IMG/VR virus record: IMGVR_UViG_3300021432_000013
Location: 1-50,940 of that record
Source: a virus
Lineage: Duplodnaviria; Caudoviricetes
Length of the DNA stretch: 50,940 bases
Reading direction: 5' to 3' (one strand)
Shown piece by piece: positions 1 through 8,033 of this stretch. Under the pieces are notes generated by a model, which saw nothing but the letters and a program-made list of their open reading frames with translations, did not search any database and was not told where the DNA came from. The translations under genes and the position numbers were made by a program. Numbering within the stretch: position 1 is the stretch's first letter; every line of letters begins with the position of its first letter.

Positions 1-250
1 GTCTGCACCGCTCAGCTCTGCAGCGCGCAGGTCTGCACCGCCCAGGTCTGCACCGCGCAGGTCTGCACCGCGCAGGTCTGCACCGCGCAGGTCTGCATCG
101 CGCAGGTCTGCACCGCCCAGGTCTGCACCGCCCAGGTCTGCACCGCCCAGGTCTGCACCGCCCAGGTCTGCACCGCGCAGGTCTGCACCGCCCAGGTCTG
201 CACCGCGCAGGTCTGCATCGCCCAGGTATGCACCGCGCAGGTCTGCACCG
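1..250. repeat. 15-bp tandem repeat GTCTGCACCGC(G/C)CAG encoding GADL(R/G) on the minus strand
   Basis: About 16 near-identical units directly visible. Confidence 0.97.
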
Positions 251-363
251 CCGTTTTTCTGCGCTTCAAGCGCCATTGCAAGCGTAATGGCTAAAGTATT
301 TCCTTCCACGGTATGCGCGAATAAAACATTGCCAGTACAGCGATTTTTGATCTCGATAAGCAT
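1..363 (-). CDS. Pentapeptide-repeat protein, N-terminal part (continues across the contig end to 50940-50285)
   Basis: ATG at 363 after an AAGGGGA RBS; reads [22 protein letters not shown]...[22 protein letters not shown], open to position 1. The ORF track shows only off-frame (AVQTW)n readings. Confidence 0.85.
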   Translation of the reverse strand, partial: MLIEIKNRCTGNVLFAHTVEGNTLAITLAMALEAQKNGGADLRGAYLGDADLRGADLGGADLRGADLGGADLGGADLGGADLGGADLRDADLRGADLRGADLRGADLGGADLRAAELSGAD

Positions 364-574
364 TTGTATTTCCCCTTGATTTATTTTATTACTGCGTATC
401 CATGATTGCCCGATTTTGCCATTCCAAAATCTCCGCCAATACAGCGGCCAATCGGTAGCGCTGCCTTCGTTAAATCCTTCGATTTATCAGCCATGATTGC
501 ATCCATCATGCGGATCAAATCATCCTCGGATTTTGACTTCCTTTTCAAAAATTTGAACATAGCATTCCCCTTGA

Positions 575-709
575 TTACAGCTTAAGTTTTTCCAGCGCCG
601 CGACGATGGCGCGACGGATGAATTCGGACATGGAGCGTCCTTCTTTTTTCGCTGCGAGTCTGATGCGCTCGATCAGCCCTTCTGGAAAGTAAAAGTTTGT
701 GCGTTTCAT
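575..709 (-). CDS. Ribbon-helix-helix (CopG/Arc-like) DNA-binding protein, 44 aa
   Basis: MKRTNFYFPEGLIERIRLAAKKEGRSMSEFIRRAIVAALEKLKL: alternating beta strand followed by the G-x-S-x-SE-xIRRA RHH pattern; below the ORF-track cutoff. Confidence 0.8.
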   Translation of the reverse strand: MKRTNFYFPEGLIERIRLAAKKEGRSMSEFIRRAIVAALEKLKL

Positions 710-727
710 GTGCTAAGAATAGCACAT
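708..727. promoter_or_regulatory. Palindromic operator over the RHH start codon and -10 box
   Basis: ATGTGCTA-agaa-TAGCACAT perfect 8-bp inverted repeat; minus-strand TGcTATTCT lies 6 nt upstream of the ATG. Confidence 0.6.
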
Positions 728-804
728 AATTTACCAATCACAACTTTTATTTCCTCCCCTCCCTAGCTTTTAAAATTCCATTTGACCATGTGATGCGCGA
801 TGTT

Positions 805-2151
805 TTACAAATGGTTAGCCAAACTTGTCGGCTTTCTTTCTGGGACTGCTTTCGGGACTGGCCGATGCCTACGTGTGTCTTTGAACTGTGTGTACATGCC
901 TTCATACTCAAGCAACACATCATCAATTCGGCCTTGCCGATTCTTCGCAATGAATACGTCCGCAAACCCCTTCATATGCGTACTAGGATCGTCAACTTCG
1001 GCCCGGTGTACGAACATCACAATGTCCGCATCCTGCTCAATGGCGCCAGAGTCGCGCAGGTCTGAAAGCTGCGGACGGCTCTTGTTGGCAGCATTACGCG
1101 AAAGCTGCGACAGTGCATAAATCACCACATTCAACTCTTTAGCCAGTGCTTTCAAACCGCGACTGATTTCCTCAATCTGCATATTTCGATTAGAGCCTTC
1201 GCCCGACATGAGTTGCAAATAATCAACCACGATTGCATCCAGACCATGTTTACGCTTGACCAGTCTTGCCTTTGATCGCACATCAAGAATCGTAAGTGCC
1301 GGCTGATCATCGATATAAAGATTCATATTGACCAGCTTCGCGTTAGCCGCAGAAAACCGATTCCAATCATCGTTATCCATATCGCCCAAGATGACAGAGG
1401 AAAGCGATATTTGCCCCATGCTGGCAATAGCTCTATCCAACAATTCACCACGCTGCATTTCCTGCGACAAGAAAAGGACGCTATGGTTATGTGACATGTT
1501 GATCGAAATATTCAGCGAAAGCGCCGTTTTACCCATTGATGGGCGTGCCCCGATAATCACCAATGCGCCGCGATTCGGGCCTCCAGTCAGCAAAGCATCA
1601 ATATCTTCGAAGCCCGTAGCAATCCCGCGAAATTTCTTATCTATGCGTCCTTCCAAGACTTCGCAGTGGCTTACCATCGCATCGCTTGCGCGGATCGGTT
1701 CGCGGACTGCCCGTGTTTCGGCAAGCGCTGCAATTGCCGATTGAGCTAAGTCCAGAACTTCACCGGCTGTCTTACCAACTGGATTAAACGCCATCTCAGC
1801 CATTTTTGACGTTTCTGCAATCAATCCTCGCCGCAATGCCCGATCCCGAACAATTTCAGCATGGCGAGCGATATTGGCAGAGCTAGGCGTACTTTGTGCG
1901 ATCGAATTCAAATACATCAGCACTTCGGGGATCTTATCGCGTACTTGGTCAAATACTGAAATTACATCACAAGCTTTAGATGCCACCACCTGGCGCAGTA
2001 TCTCTCCGAATATAGTTCGATGATCCGCAACGTAAAAATGATCTATCCGCAAATCACCAATACGGTCTACCGCGTCATTGTCCAGAAGCAGAGCACCAAT
2101 CACGGCCTGTTCAGATTCCGTACTGTGCGGGCTTTCCTGTCCGTCAATCAT
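805..2151 (-). CDS. dnaB: Replicative DNA helicase
   Basis: N-terminal E-x-EQAVIGALL, Walker A GARPSMGKT, VVDYLQLM, LSQLSR, DLRDSGAIEQDAD, AKNRQG. Confidence 0.96.
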   Translation of the reverse strand: MIDGQESPHSTESEQAVIGALLLDNDAVDRIGDLRIDHFYVADHRTIFGEILRQVVASKACDVISVFDQVRDKIPEVLMYLNSIAQSTPSSANIARHAEIVRDRALRRGLIAETSKMAEMAFNPVGKTAGEVLDLAQSAIAALAETRAVREPIRASDAMVSHCEVLEGRIDKKFRGIATGFEDIDALLTGGPNRGALVIIGARPSMGKTALSLNISINMSHNHSVLFLSQEMQRGELLDRAIASMGQISLSSVILGDMDNDDWNRFSAANAKLVNMNLYIDDQPALTILDVRSKARLVKRKHGLDAIVVDYLQLMSGEGSNRNMQIEEISRGLKALAKELNVVIYALSQLSRNAANKSRPQLSDLRDSGAIEQDADIVMFVHRAEVDDPSTHMKGFADVFIAKNRQGRIDDVLLEYEGMYTQFKDTRRHRPVPKAVPERKPTSLANHL

Positions 2152-2936
2152 GTGGTCCTCGTTTCATATTTCTGCTCCCTTATTTTTGTAAAGTTTGCAA
2201 TTTTCGTCATCCATTCCAAATCGGCAAAGAATGGAGTCTTTCCAGCGCGCCCGACAAGAAAATCACATTGCGCCACGTATTCAAAAAATTGTCTCCAATA
2301 ATCCAGATTCTGACGGCTAGAATTTTCATTCCATCGCGTTCGCAATTGCGTAGCTCTGGCCGGCGTCCATTCTCGAATGCGCGGACACTGAGGCAAAACC
2401 TCATGGTAGATAGCGATAATCTCTTGATGAGGGCAATCCGGCTTTTCAGGTTTTGCAATGGTGGCCGCGTCGTCATCAGCTTCGCTGGGGACAATAGCTT
2501 TTGAACTTATCTCCTCTATTTCTACTTCTCCTCTCCTCTCCTCTATCTCTTGGCGTTCGGTTGCGTTCGGTTGCGTTCGGTTGCGTTCTTCTTCTGCTTT
2601 TTTTTCTCGCCACTCTTTAGCTCTTTCAGCAGCGCCATCTTCTTTCTTCGGTTGGCGTTTGTCCCATCCTGTCAGCCAATCTCCTTCAATCAATTTTCCC
2701 TCCATTGCATCACGAATTGCTGTGATACTTGCACAATCCATATCTAATGCAGACGCAATATCTTCATCGTCCCACCCTTGCGTTCTCCCGCGTTCGGTTG
2801 CGTTCGATGCGCAACAAAGCATATGGACATAGACTGCGATCACGCTACTGATAGACTGTTTTGAAATTCGTGCAATAGTCCTGAATTTTGGGTCATTCGG
2901 CATATCTGACCAAAGCCGCAACCAAGGACTAGCCAT
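2148..2936 (-). CDS. Phage replication initiator (lambda O-like)
   Basis: Likely start MASPWLRLWSDMPNDPKF at 2936, overlapping the upstream stop; C-terminal FFADLEWMTKIANFTKIREQKY; directly upstream of dnaB; contains internal iterons. Confidence 0.8.
   Translation of the reverse strand: MASPWLRLWSDMPNDPKFRTIARISKQSISSVIAVYVHMLCCASNATERGRTQGWDDEDIASALDMDCASITAIRDAMEGKLIEGDWLTGWDKRQPKKEDGAAERAKEWREKKAEEERNRTQPNATERQEIEERRGEVEIEEISSKAIVPSEADDDAATIAKPEKPDCPHQEIIAIYHEVLPQCPRIREWTPARATQLRTRWNENSSRQNLDYWRQFFEYVAQCDFLVGRAGKTPFFADLEWMTKIANFTKIREQKYETRTT
2551..2590. repeat. Iteron-like 10-bp direct repeats (TTGCGTTCGG), probable replication origin
   Basis: Four tandem copies (one degenerate at each end) within the initiator gene, with further copies at ~2778-2807 and purine-skewed flanks. 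Confidence 0.7.
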
Positions 2937-3429
2937 TTCTGCCTCGCCACTCTTCAGGTAATTTTTTGCCTTTTGATATATTGCATGGCTGGCAAAGAGC
3001 TTGAAGATTCGATCTTTCACATAAACCACCACGCGCAACAGGGATGATATGATCAACCACAAGATTATCGACAGCACCACATGCAGCACACTTTCCAGAA
3101 GAAAGTATGGAAGCGCGAATTTTCTTTCCGAGTCCTTTGCGCGTTGCACTTACATCGCAAAATCCGCTCAACGTCAAAATACCATTTTCATTCTTTAGCC
3201 AGCCTTGCGCTTGCATCGCAACAGAAAATCCTTCGATGCCAACAAAACGATCTACAAGCGTATGAACAGTTTTCATTTTCCCCTGCTTGCCATGCGTTTT
3301 AAACCATGCCGCTAAACGGTAAATTGCTAAAAAGGCGTCTGCCTCAGTTGTTTTTGTATCGCGCACGATGCACCAAAATTTAGGCATCTCCATAATCCCT
3401 GTGCGGAGGGTTATCCATTCACCGGCCAT
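2929..3429 (-). CDS. HNH endonuclease with N-terminal initiator-like helical domain
   Basis: CAACG...VDHIIPVARGG...NLQALCQPCNISKG. Confidence 0.85.
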   Translation of the reverse strand: MAGEWITLRTGIMEMPKFWCIVRDTKTTEADAFLAIYRLAAWFKTHGKQGKMKTVHTLVDRFVGIEGFSVAMQAQGWLKNENGILTLSGFCDVSATRKGLGKKIRASILSSGKCAACGAVDNLVVDHIIPVARGGLCERSNLQALCQPCNISKGKKLPEEWRGRNG

Positions 3430-3559
3430 GATTCCTGTCCCGAAGAATAGCGATCAGGTATTGGCAGAGAACATGCGCATACTCGCGCTTCTTTTCTTGG
3501 GTGGGTAAATTCTTGATAGCCTTTGCATGGCGCATGGCTTTTTCTTGATGGGTAAGCAT
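3419..3559 (-). CDS. Small hypothetical protein (46 aa)
   Basis: ATG at 3559 downstream of the structured leader; stop overlaps the next gene start. Confidence 0.5.
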   Translation of the reverse strand: MLTHQEKAMRHAKAIKNLPTQEKKREYAHVLCQYLIAILRDRNHGR

Positions 3560-3580
3560 TTTTGTTGTTATCCCTAGACG

Positions 3581-3680
3581 AAAAAAGGCTTCACCTACAT
3601 CCTCCCGGTAAGGGTTGGTCGAACGGGCCAGTACCCGCCAGGATGTATGTGAAGCCTTACTGATTTGGGTGCGACCAAGC
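3581..3680 (-). ncRNA. C4/seq-like structured leader RNA with terminator
   Basis: 19-bp stem (3585-3603/3640-3658) ending in a U run. Inner sequences TACTG and CGACCAA are complementary to upstream CAGTA and TTGGTCG on the same strand. Confidence 0.65.
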
Positions 3681-3688
3681 ACAGATAA

Positions 3689-3716
3689 ATTTTACAATAC
3701 TGTTGCATAGAGTCAA
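3689..3716 (-). promoter_or_regulatory. sigma70 promoter for the replication operon
   Basis: TTGACT-N16-TAAAAT on the minus strand just upstream of the C4-like leader. Confidence 0.6.
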
Positions 3717-3801
3717 GGGGATCAATGCACAAATAAAAAATATTTATTTATTCAGAACAACACCAACCCATGCTATAAATCCCCGAAACTCTGCGCCGGT
3801 T

Positions 3802-3828
3802 AAGAAAAAGCCGTCGCGTGGACGGCTT
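3802..3828 (-). terminator. Rho-independent terminator
   Basis: AAGCCGTC-cacgc-GACGGCTT followed by TTTCTT on the minus strand, after the 3860 stop. Confidence 0.7.
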
Positions 3829-3859
3829 GTGATGTATGTGGATAATCACATGGTTATTT

Positions 3860-4093
3860 TTACATCGGTGATAAAGCATGTTTAATGCCAGATAGATAAA
3901 TTGCCGCAAGTGTTTCCTGAAGACTGCACCCGGAATTCGTCATGTCCGTGAATATGCCTAAGGCTATACTTTCCAGTACTTCACGCTGTTCAGAAGTAAC
4001 GCTGGCGCGATCCATTCCTGCCGGCCTAGGCCGTGGCATATACTTGTTACGTTCGCCTCGTACAGACTCATGTATCGAGTGCAGTGGGTTCAT
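3860..4093 (-). CDS. Hypothetical protein
   Basis: Likely start MNPLHS overlaps the upstream stop (TAATG). Confidence 0.55.
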   Translation of the reverse strand: MNPLHSIHESVRGERNKYMPRPRPAGMDRASVTSEQREVLESIALGIFTDMTNSGCSLQETLAAIYLSGIKHALSPM

Positions 4094-4359
4094 TATTCGG
4101 CTTTCTTGGCTTGACCCACCTGATATGGCATCCAGGTGCAATAATCGCGGTAAAGCGGGATTGTGTCATCGTCTTGTAGAAGAGTTACCGATGAGCGTGC
4201 AAATGGAACGCCAGTGCTATCAAAGCCAGCGACGTTAATCATGCGATCGCCATGCACATAGCAGACAAATGCAGGATATGGCTGAGGATTAATGACATCG
4301 GGGCAACCATGCGCAATAGAGTAAAACCAAATCACGCGACCAATTGTAGGTTGAATCAT
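4093..4359 (-). CDS. Conserved phage hypothetical protein
   Basis: MIQPTIGRVIWFY...PAFVCYVH...WMPYQ; good RBS (AAAGGGA). Confidence 0.7.
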   Translation of the reverse strand: MIQPTIGRVIWFYSIAHGCPDVINPQPYPAFVCYVHGDRMINVAGFDSTGVPFARSSVTLLQDDDTIPLYRDYCTWMPYQVGQAKKAE

Positions 4360-4402
4360 ATTTCCCTTTCGTTATGCCGCATAATGGATGCGGAGACCAG
4401 TT

Positions 4403-4828
4403 TTAAACAGTAGCTTGAGCCAAGCAATCCACGCTCCATTCCATCGGAGACTTGATCGGGCCGGATAGGAAATGCTGGAGTGGCTCAAACGGAACTATGC
4501 GCTGCCTTATATCAAGGTCAGGTTCTTCTTTTGGCTCTACGGGGGGCCGAGGTTTGTATTTCACGTGCGCAGGTTCTGGAGGCTCTTCATCCGTGCCAAC
4601 CAGGAAATAAACACCGCGCCGAGGATTAAATAGGTCAATTCTTAAATCAGTGAATTGCATCTTGAATACCTGGCGCTTGATCTGTTCGTCAAGAGCTTTA
4701 GGAGCCAGAGGGCGAACTTTCGGCAGAAGCTCGCGATATTCAAGCCCCTGCGGATTTTGCAATAGCACTGTACGGATGGCCGATCGTATGTCGTGCATCT
4801 CATTGCGTTTCTCCAAAGGCTGACCCAT
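4403..4828 (-). CDS. Hypothetical protein, possible winged-helix
   Basis: ORF in operon with RBS GGAGG; helical N-terminus (IRTVLLQNPQGLEYRELL). Confidence 0.5.
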   Translation of the reverse strand: MGQPLEKRNEMHDIRSAIRTVLLQNPQGLEYRELLPKVRPLAPKALDEQIKRQVFKMQFTDLRIDLFNPRRGVYFLVGTDEEPPEPAHVKYKPRPPVEPKEEPDLDIRQRIVPFEPLQHFLSGPIKSPMEWSVDCLAQATV

Positions 4829-4841
4829 TATTTATTCCTCC

Positions 4842-5156
4842 CTAAGTTTGTAAAACTGAAAGCATGAATTTGATGGCATCACCACGTTTGACTGAATCGC
4901 CGTCAAAACGAAAGACCAACCAGCCAAGTTTTGCGGCTTCGTTGTATTTCTCCATGTCTGCAATGAATCCAGATCCTCGTGTATGGCGCCCACCAGTCCA
5001 TGCGGCGCCTTCACACTCGACAGCGACCATCTGCGATGGGAAAGCGAAATCAAAACGCCATTTGCGCAACGGATGAAATTTATACTCAGCTTCTGGCGTC
5101 AAGCCATAGGCTTTGCAATGCAATGAAAATGTGGCTTCAATCGGGCTTTTAGTCAT
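4842..5156 (-). CDS. PD-(D/E)xK endonuclease (DUF559/Vsr-like, possible resolvase)
   Basis: EYKFHPLRKWRFDFAFP...AVECEG...H...DMEKYNEAAKLGWLVFRF. Confidence 0.8.
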   Translation of the reverse strand: MTKSPIEATFSLHCKAYGLTPEAEYKFHPLRKWRFDFAFPSQMVAVECEGAAWTGGRHTRGSGFIADMEKYNEAAKLGWLVFRFDGDSVKRGDAIKFMLSVLQT

Positions 5157-5547
5157 CGTTTTCTAATAATTCCATTACCATGTCTAACAATTCATTTTGA
5201 GAGCCGTATCGGGCTTCAAATCGCGCCTTGTAGGGATGCACTGCTATCATCGATTTATCATTACCAGTACCATCTTGATGATGCCCTGCGCACAACGGAA
5301 GAACCTTTGTATGGCAACCTGGTTTTGTGCGGCCATCCATATGATGGATCGAGACATGCATATTACGATTACCATCCAGCGCGCAGGCGATGCAGCCAAT
5401 TCGATTCGCCATGCGATCCCATAACATCTTTTCCTCTGAAGTAACCGCCCGCTGCTTAGAAGTCAAGCGTTTAGGCATCTTTAACCGCTTCGGATCGGTC
5501 GGCACATAATCCGTCAGAGGCTTGCGAACAAATCCGGATCGTTTCAT
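5149..5547 (-). CDS. Ref-like recombination enhancement HNH nuclease
   Basis: Basic N-terminus; GCIAC...IHHMDGRTKPGCH..VLPLCAGHHQ...FEARYGSQNELL. Confidence 0.8.
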   Translation of the reverse strand: MKRSGFVRKPLTDYVPTDPKRLKMPKRLTSKQRAVTSEEKMLWDRMANRIGCIACALDGNRNMHVSIHHMDGRTKPGCHTKVLPLCAGHHQDGTGNDKSMIAVHPYKARFEARYGSQNELLDMVMELLENDD

Positions 5548-5599
5548 TATTTGATTCTACCTTTTGGCTTTGGCGGCTTCTTTGGCTTTGGGGATGGGG

Positions 5600-6346
5600 T
5601 CATGGTTTTAGAATCCGCCATGCTGTTGCTGCCACTCTTGGAACTTGGCCGTTACCAATGGCTTTAATTCTGTCCACCCTATGGGCAATCCCATGAGCCA
5701 CTCTGCCCAATCTGGGTTCAGCGGGCCACCTATGGCCTGAGGAAGAACTTCCCCGGATTTGCTGCCTGTTCGGTCCAATCTTGACCGTCCCGGATATTTG
5801 TGGTCCCTGGCACAAACTGTTGGCCACGATCCAGATTCGCTCGCGCAAATGGGGAGCGCCGGTATCTGCCGCAGATATGACGCCCCATTCAGCATCGAAC
5901 CCCATCTCGGCCAAATCTCCAAGAACTGTTCCGAGCCCCCTAGAAGTGAGCATTGGGCTGTTTTCCACGAAAACGAATCTGGGTCGTACTTCGCGAATGA
6001 TCCTTGCCATTTCTCCCCAGAGTCCGCTTCGTGCTCCATCAAGTCCCGCGCCTTTTCCTGCTGCGCTAATGTCCTGACAGGGAAACCCTCCCGAAACCAC
6101 GTCAATACGACCTCGCCATGGTCTGCCGTCAAAGGTGCGCACATCATCCCAAATCGGGAAAGGCGGGAGTGTTCCGTCGTTTTGTCGGGCCAGTAATACT
6201 GATCTGGCATAGGCGTTGTATTCGACAGCGACGATTGTTCTCCATCCGAGCAAATGGCCTCCGAGGATGCCGCCGCCTGCTCCCGCGAAGAGCGCGAGTT
6301 CTCGTAGTCCTTCATCATCGCATTGCTGATTGACCAGGCCATTCAT
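5600..6346 (-). CDS. C5 DNA cytosine methyltransferase, alpha chain (lacks motif IX and TRD)
   Basis: Motif I LFAGAGG, IV GGFPCQD, VI ENS, VIII PHLRERIW, X RIKAIGNGQVP. Confidence 0.9.
   Translation of the reverse strand: MNGLVNQQCDDEGLRELALFAGAGGGILGGHLLGWRTIVAVEYNAYARSVLLARQNDGTLPPFPIWDDVRTFDGRPWRGRIDVVSGGFPCQDISAAGKGAGLDGARSGLWGEMARIIREVRPRFVFVENSPMLTSRGLGTVLGDLAEMGFDAEWGVISAADTGAPHLRERIWIVANSLCQGPQISGTVKIGPNRQQIRGSSSSGHRWPAEPRLGRVAHGIAHRVDRIKAIGNGQVPRVAATAWRILKP
5608..6342 (-). CDS. Overlapping alternative-frame beta chain of the methyltransferase
   Basis: 244-aa stop-free frame nested in the MTase gene, ATG 4 nt from the alpha ATG; ends with motif-IX-like LNPDWAEWLMGLPIGWT. Confidence 0.7.
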   Translation of the reverse strand: MAWSISNAMMKDYENSRSSREQAAASSEAICSDGEQSSLSNTTPMPDQYYWPDKTTEHSRLSRFGMMCAPLTADHGEVVLTWFREGFPVRTLAQQEKARDLMEHEADSGEKWQGSFAKYDPDSFSWKTAQCSLLGGSEQFLEIWPRWGSMLNGASYLRQIPALPICASESGSWPTVCARDHKYPGRSRLDRTGSKSGEVLPQAIGGPLNPDWAEWLMGLPIGWTELKPLVTAKFQEWQQQHGGF

Positions 6347-6765
6347 TTACCCTCCATGCCGGCCAGTATCGCCTCTACGGAAAGGGCGCGGATAAGCCTT
6401 GCGCATCCATCGGCGGCGTACATATCGGGGTGCTCGAACATAGTAGAATGTTTTCGTGCTTTCTCATTGCATACATTAGCAGCCGCCTCAATCGTCGCTC
6501 GGATGATGGCTGCGGGATCAGGGGTGGGATGAGTGAATAATTCAGTTCCGTGGGCGATACCATACAAACCAGTAACGCTTCTAAATTCGCCACTGCCGCC
6601 AGAAAGTGATTCGGGTACGGCGGCCAGCATGGCGCAATATTCCCCTTGGATTGTTGCATCAGCGCCAGCGCGCGCATTATATACGCGAGCATCTACCATC
6701 ATATCGACGGTTGGAATTAGCGGGACCAACACATATTTCGTTTCGTCATAAGTTACGGACTTCAT
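6343..6765 (-). CDS. Phage hypothetical protein (early accessory)
   Basis: ATGA overlaps at both ends; YVLVPLIPTVDM...YCAMLAAVP module typical of lambdoid accessory genes. Confidence 0.65.
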   Translation of the reverse strand: MKSVTYDETKYVLVPLIPTVDMMVDARVYNARAGADATIQGEYCAMLAAVPESLSGGSGEFRSVTGLYGIAHGTELFTHPTPDPAAIIRATIEAAANVCNEKARKHSTMFEHPDMYAADGCARLIRALSVEAILAGMEGK

Positions 6766-6965
6766 TCTTCTTTTCTCCCTATGTTATTCAGACTGCCTGA
6801 ATTTTTTACGTAATCAGACCATGTTGAAATAGCGACCTTGATATCTTCTTCCATTTCAGGATAGATTGTTTTCAGCCGATCTACCAATGTCGGCAAAGTG
6901 CGAATGCCATAATTGCGCGAAAGATTGACGGCAGAGCGCAATATCTGAAATTGGATTTCGTTCAC
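6762..6965 (-). CDS. Hypothetical protein
   Basis: Start and stop overlap neighbouring genes. Confidence 0.55.
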   Translation of the reverse strand: MNEIQFQILRSAVNLSRNYGIRTLPTLVDRLKTIYPEMEEDIKVAISTWSDYVKNSGSLNNIGRKEE

Positions 6966-7426
6966 CGCATCATCCTTTGTTCGTTAGGGTTTGCACTAAA
7001 CATCACGCCAAGGCTTGCGCCGAATGCTTCGACTGCGGTTATGTAATCAGCGAAGAATTTTTTCTCAAGTAGCGTAGTTGAAACGACTACAGAACTACCA
7101 TCTGGCGATTCGACCCACTTTGACATTACGCTGCCATCTTTAATTATGACTGGATCGGCCATCAAGTTTTGACGTGCATATTCATGCCAAACCTCTTTAC
7201 TGAACTGCTTGCGGTTGAACCAGGCTTGCTCTGCAATTTCTGTTAGCCGTTTCCAGTACAGTCCATTTGCATCAAGGCCGCGAACCTTGACCAGTTCACG
7301 AACCACTAGCTCAAGCGGCCGCTCTTTATCGATCGGCAGGTTGCGCAATAGATTCATCGCGGTATCCAATTGGAGCGACCCGGACAAAGTTATCTTGCGC
7401 TCGACGAACTTCGGGCGGTCAGTCAT
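6962..7426 (-). CDS. ninB: NinB/Orf family recombination protein
   Basis: R.LDAN.LYW..L.EIA.Q...WHE...STT.L....F.DYI..VEAFGA..GV.F. Confidence 0.75.
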   Translation of the reverse strand: MTDRPKFVERKITLSGSLQLDTAMNLLRNLPIDKERPLELVVRELVKVRGLDANGLYWKRLTEIAEQAWFNRKQFSKEVWHEYARQNLMADPVIIKDGSVMSKWVESPDGSSVVVSTTLLEKKFFADYITAVEAFGASLGVMFSANPNEQRMMR

Positions 7427-7638
7427 TTCAACATCCCGCGCCAGCCAACAATGAATCCGCCATAACAGTCCACACTTTGACAGGTAGCCTTGGAAGCATT
7501 CTCAAAATGAAAATTTACCAGACACCACTGAGCACCATTCCAAAGTGAAAACCAAGTCATGTTGAATCTATCGATGACCTGATAAACCCCAATATTTATT
7601 GGGGCATCGCGCATTGAAAACCACTGAGTTACATTCAT
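7423..7638 (-). CDS. Hypothetical protein
   Basis: TQWF...P..IGVYQV...W.G..W...WRG; coupled to neighbours. Confidence 0.6.
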   Translation of the reverse strand: MNVTQWFSMRDAPINIGVYQVIDRFNMTWFSLWNGAQWCLVNFHFENASKATCQSVDCYGGFIVGWRGMLK

Positions 7639-7745
7639 TGTTTATCTCCCTTATCCGAAGGAATCAGCCAAAGCATTAGAAAGATCATTGCTGCGATGAT
7701 GACTAGAAAAATTATGGGGAAGGCCATTGCTTCGTCATTGGTCAT
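7635..7745 (-). CDS. Small single-pass membrane protein (36 aa)
   Basis: MTNDEAMAFPIIFLVIIAAMIFLMLWLIPSDKGDKQ; ATGA overlaps on both sides. Confidence 0.55.
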   Translation of the reverse strand: MTNDEAMAFPIIFLVIIAAMIFLMLWLIPSDKGDKQ

Positions 7746-7951
7746 TCCGAATCCTTTACAAGTATTTTCTTACGCTGATTTTCTTTCAGGTACTGATAAA
7801 GCTTGTTCAGTGTGCTTGCTCTAATGTCCCTATCAGAATGAAGCAGATACCCAATTGTGCGCCTGCTTACATTGGCTCCATCAGCTACAGTCTCCAGCTG
7901 ACCCTCTCGGCGATTTAGTTCTGCCAGAACGTATTCAAGTTTCGTGTCCAT
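7742..7951 (-). CDS. Cro-like XRE helix-turn-helix regulator
   Basis: LETVADGANVSRRTIGYLL...STLNKLYQY; first gene of the leftward operon. Confidence 0.75.
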   Translation of the reverse strand: MDTKLEYVLAELNRREGQLETVADGANVSRRTIGYLLHSDRDIRASTLNKLYQYLKENQRKKILVKDSE

Positions 7952-7958
7952 GCTTCAA

Positions 7959-7987
7959 ATTCTAGGATATTTACAATCCATAGTCAA
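7959..7987 (-). promoter_or_regulatory. Leftward sigma70 promoter (leaderless transcript)
   Basis: TTGACT-N17-TAGAAT followed after 7 nt by the ATG at 7951. Confidence 0.75.
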
Positions 7988-8033
7988 GCATATATGTGCA
8001 ATGGGTGATTCCAGGAAATATGCACAAATGTGC

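Noticed and set aside
1-250. Terminal 15-bp arrays as a CRISPR array or true terminal repeats
   Set aside because: There are no unique spacers and no cas genes. The units are contiguous and encode an in-frame pentapeptide protein, and assembly breakage in the repeat explains their terminal position.
12-281. ORF-track (AVQTW/C)n proteins at 12-281 and 50479-50928
   Set aside because: These are off-frame readings of the GADL(R/G) repeat; the GADL frame has an RBS and coherent N- and C-terminal domains.
2937-3149. N-terminal extension of the 333-aa initiator ORF
   Set aside because: It overlaps the HNH gene; the ATG at 2936 coupled to the HNH stop is the more plausible start.
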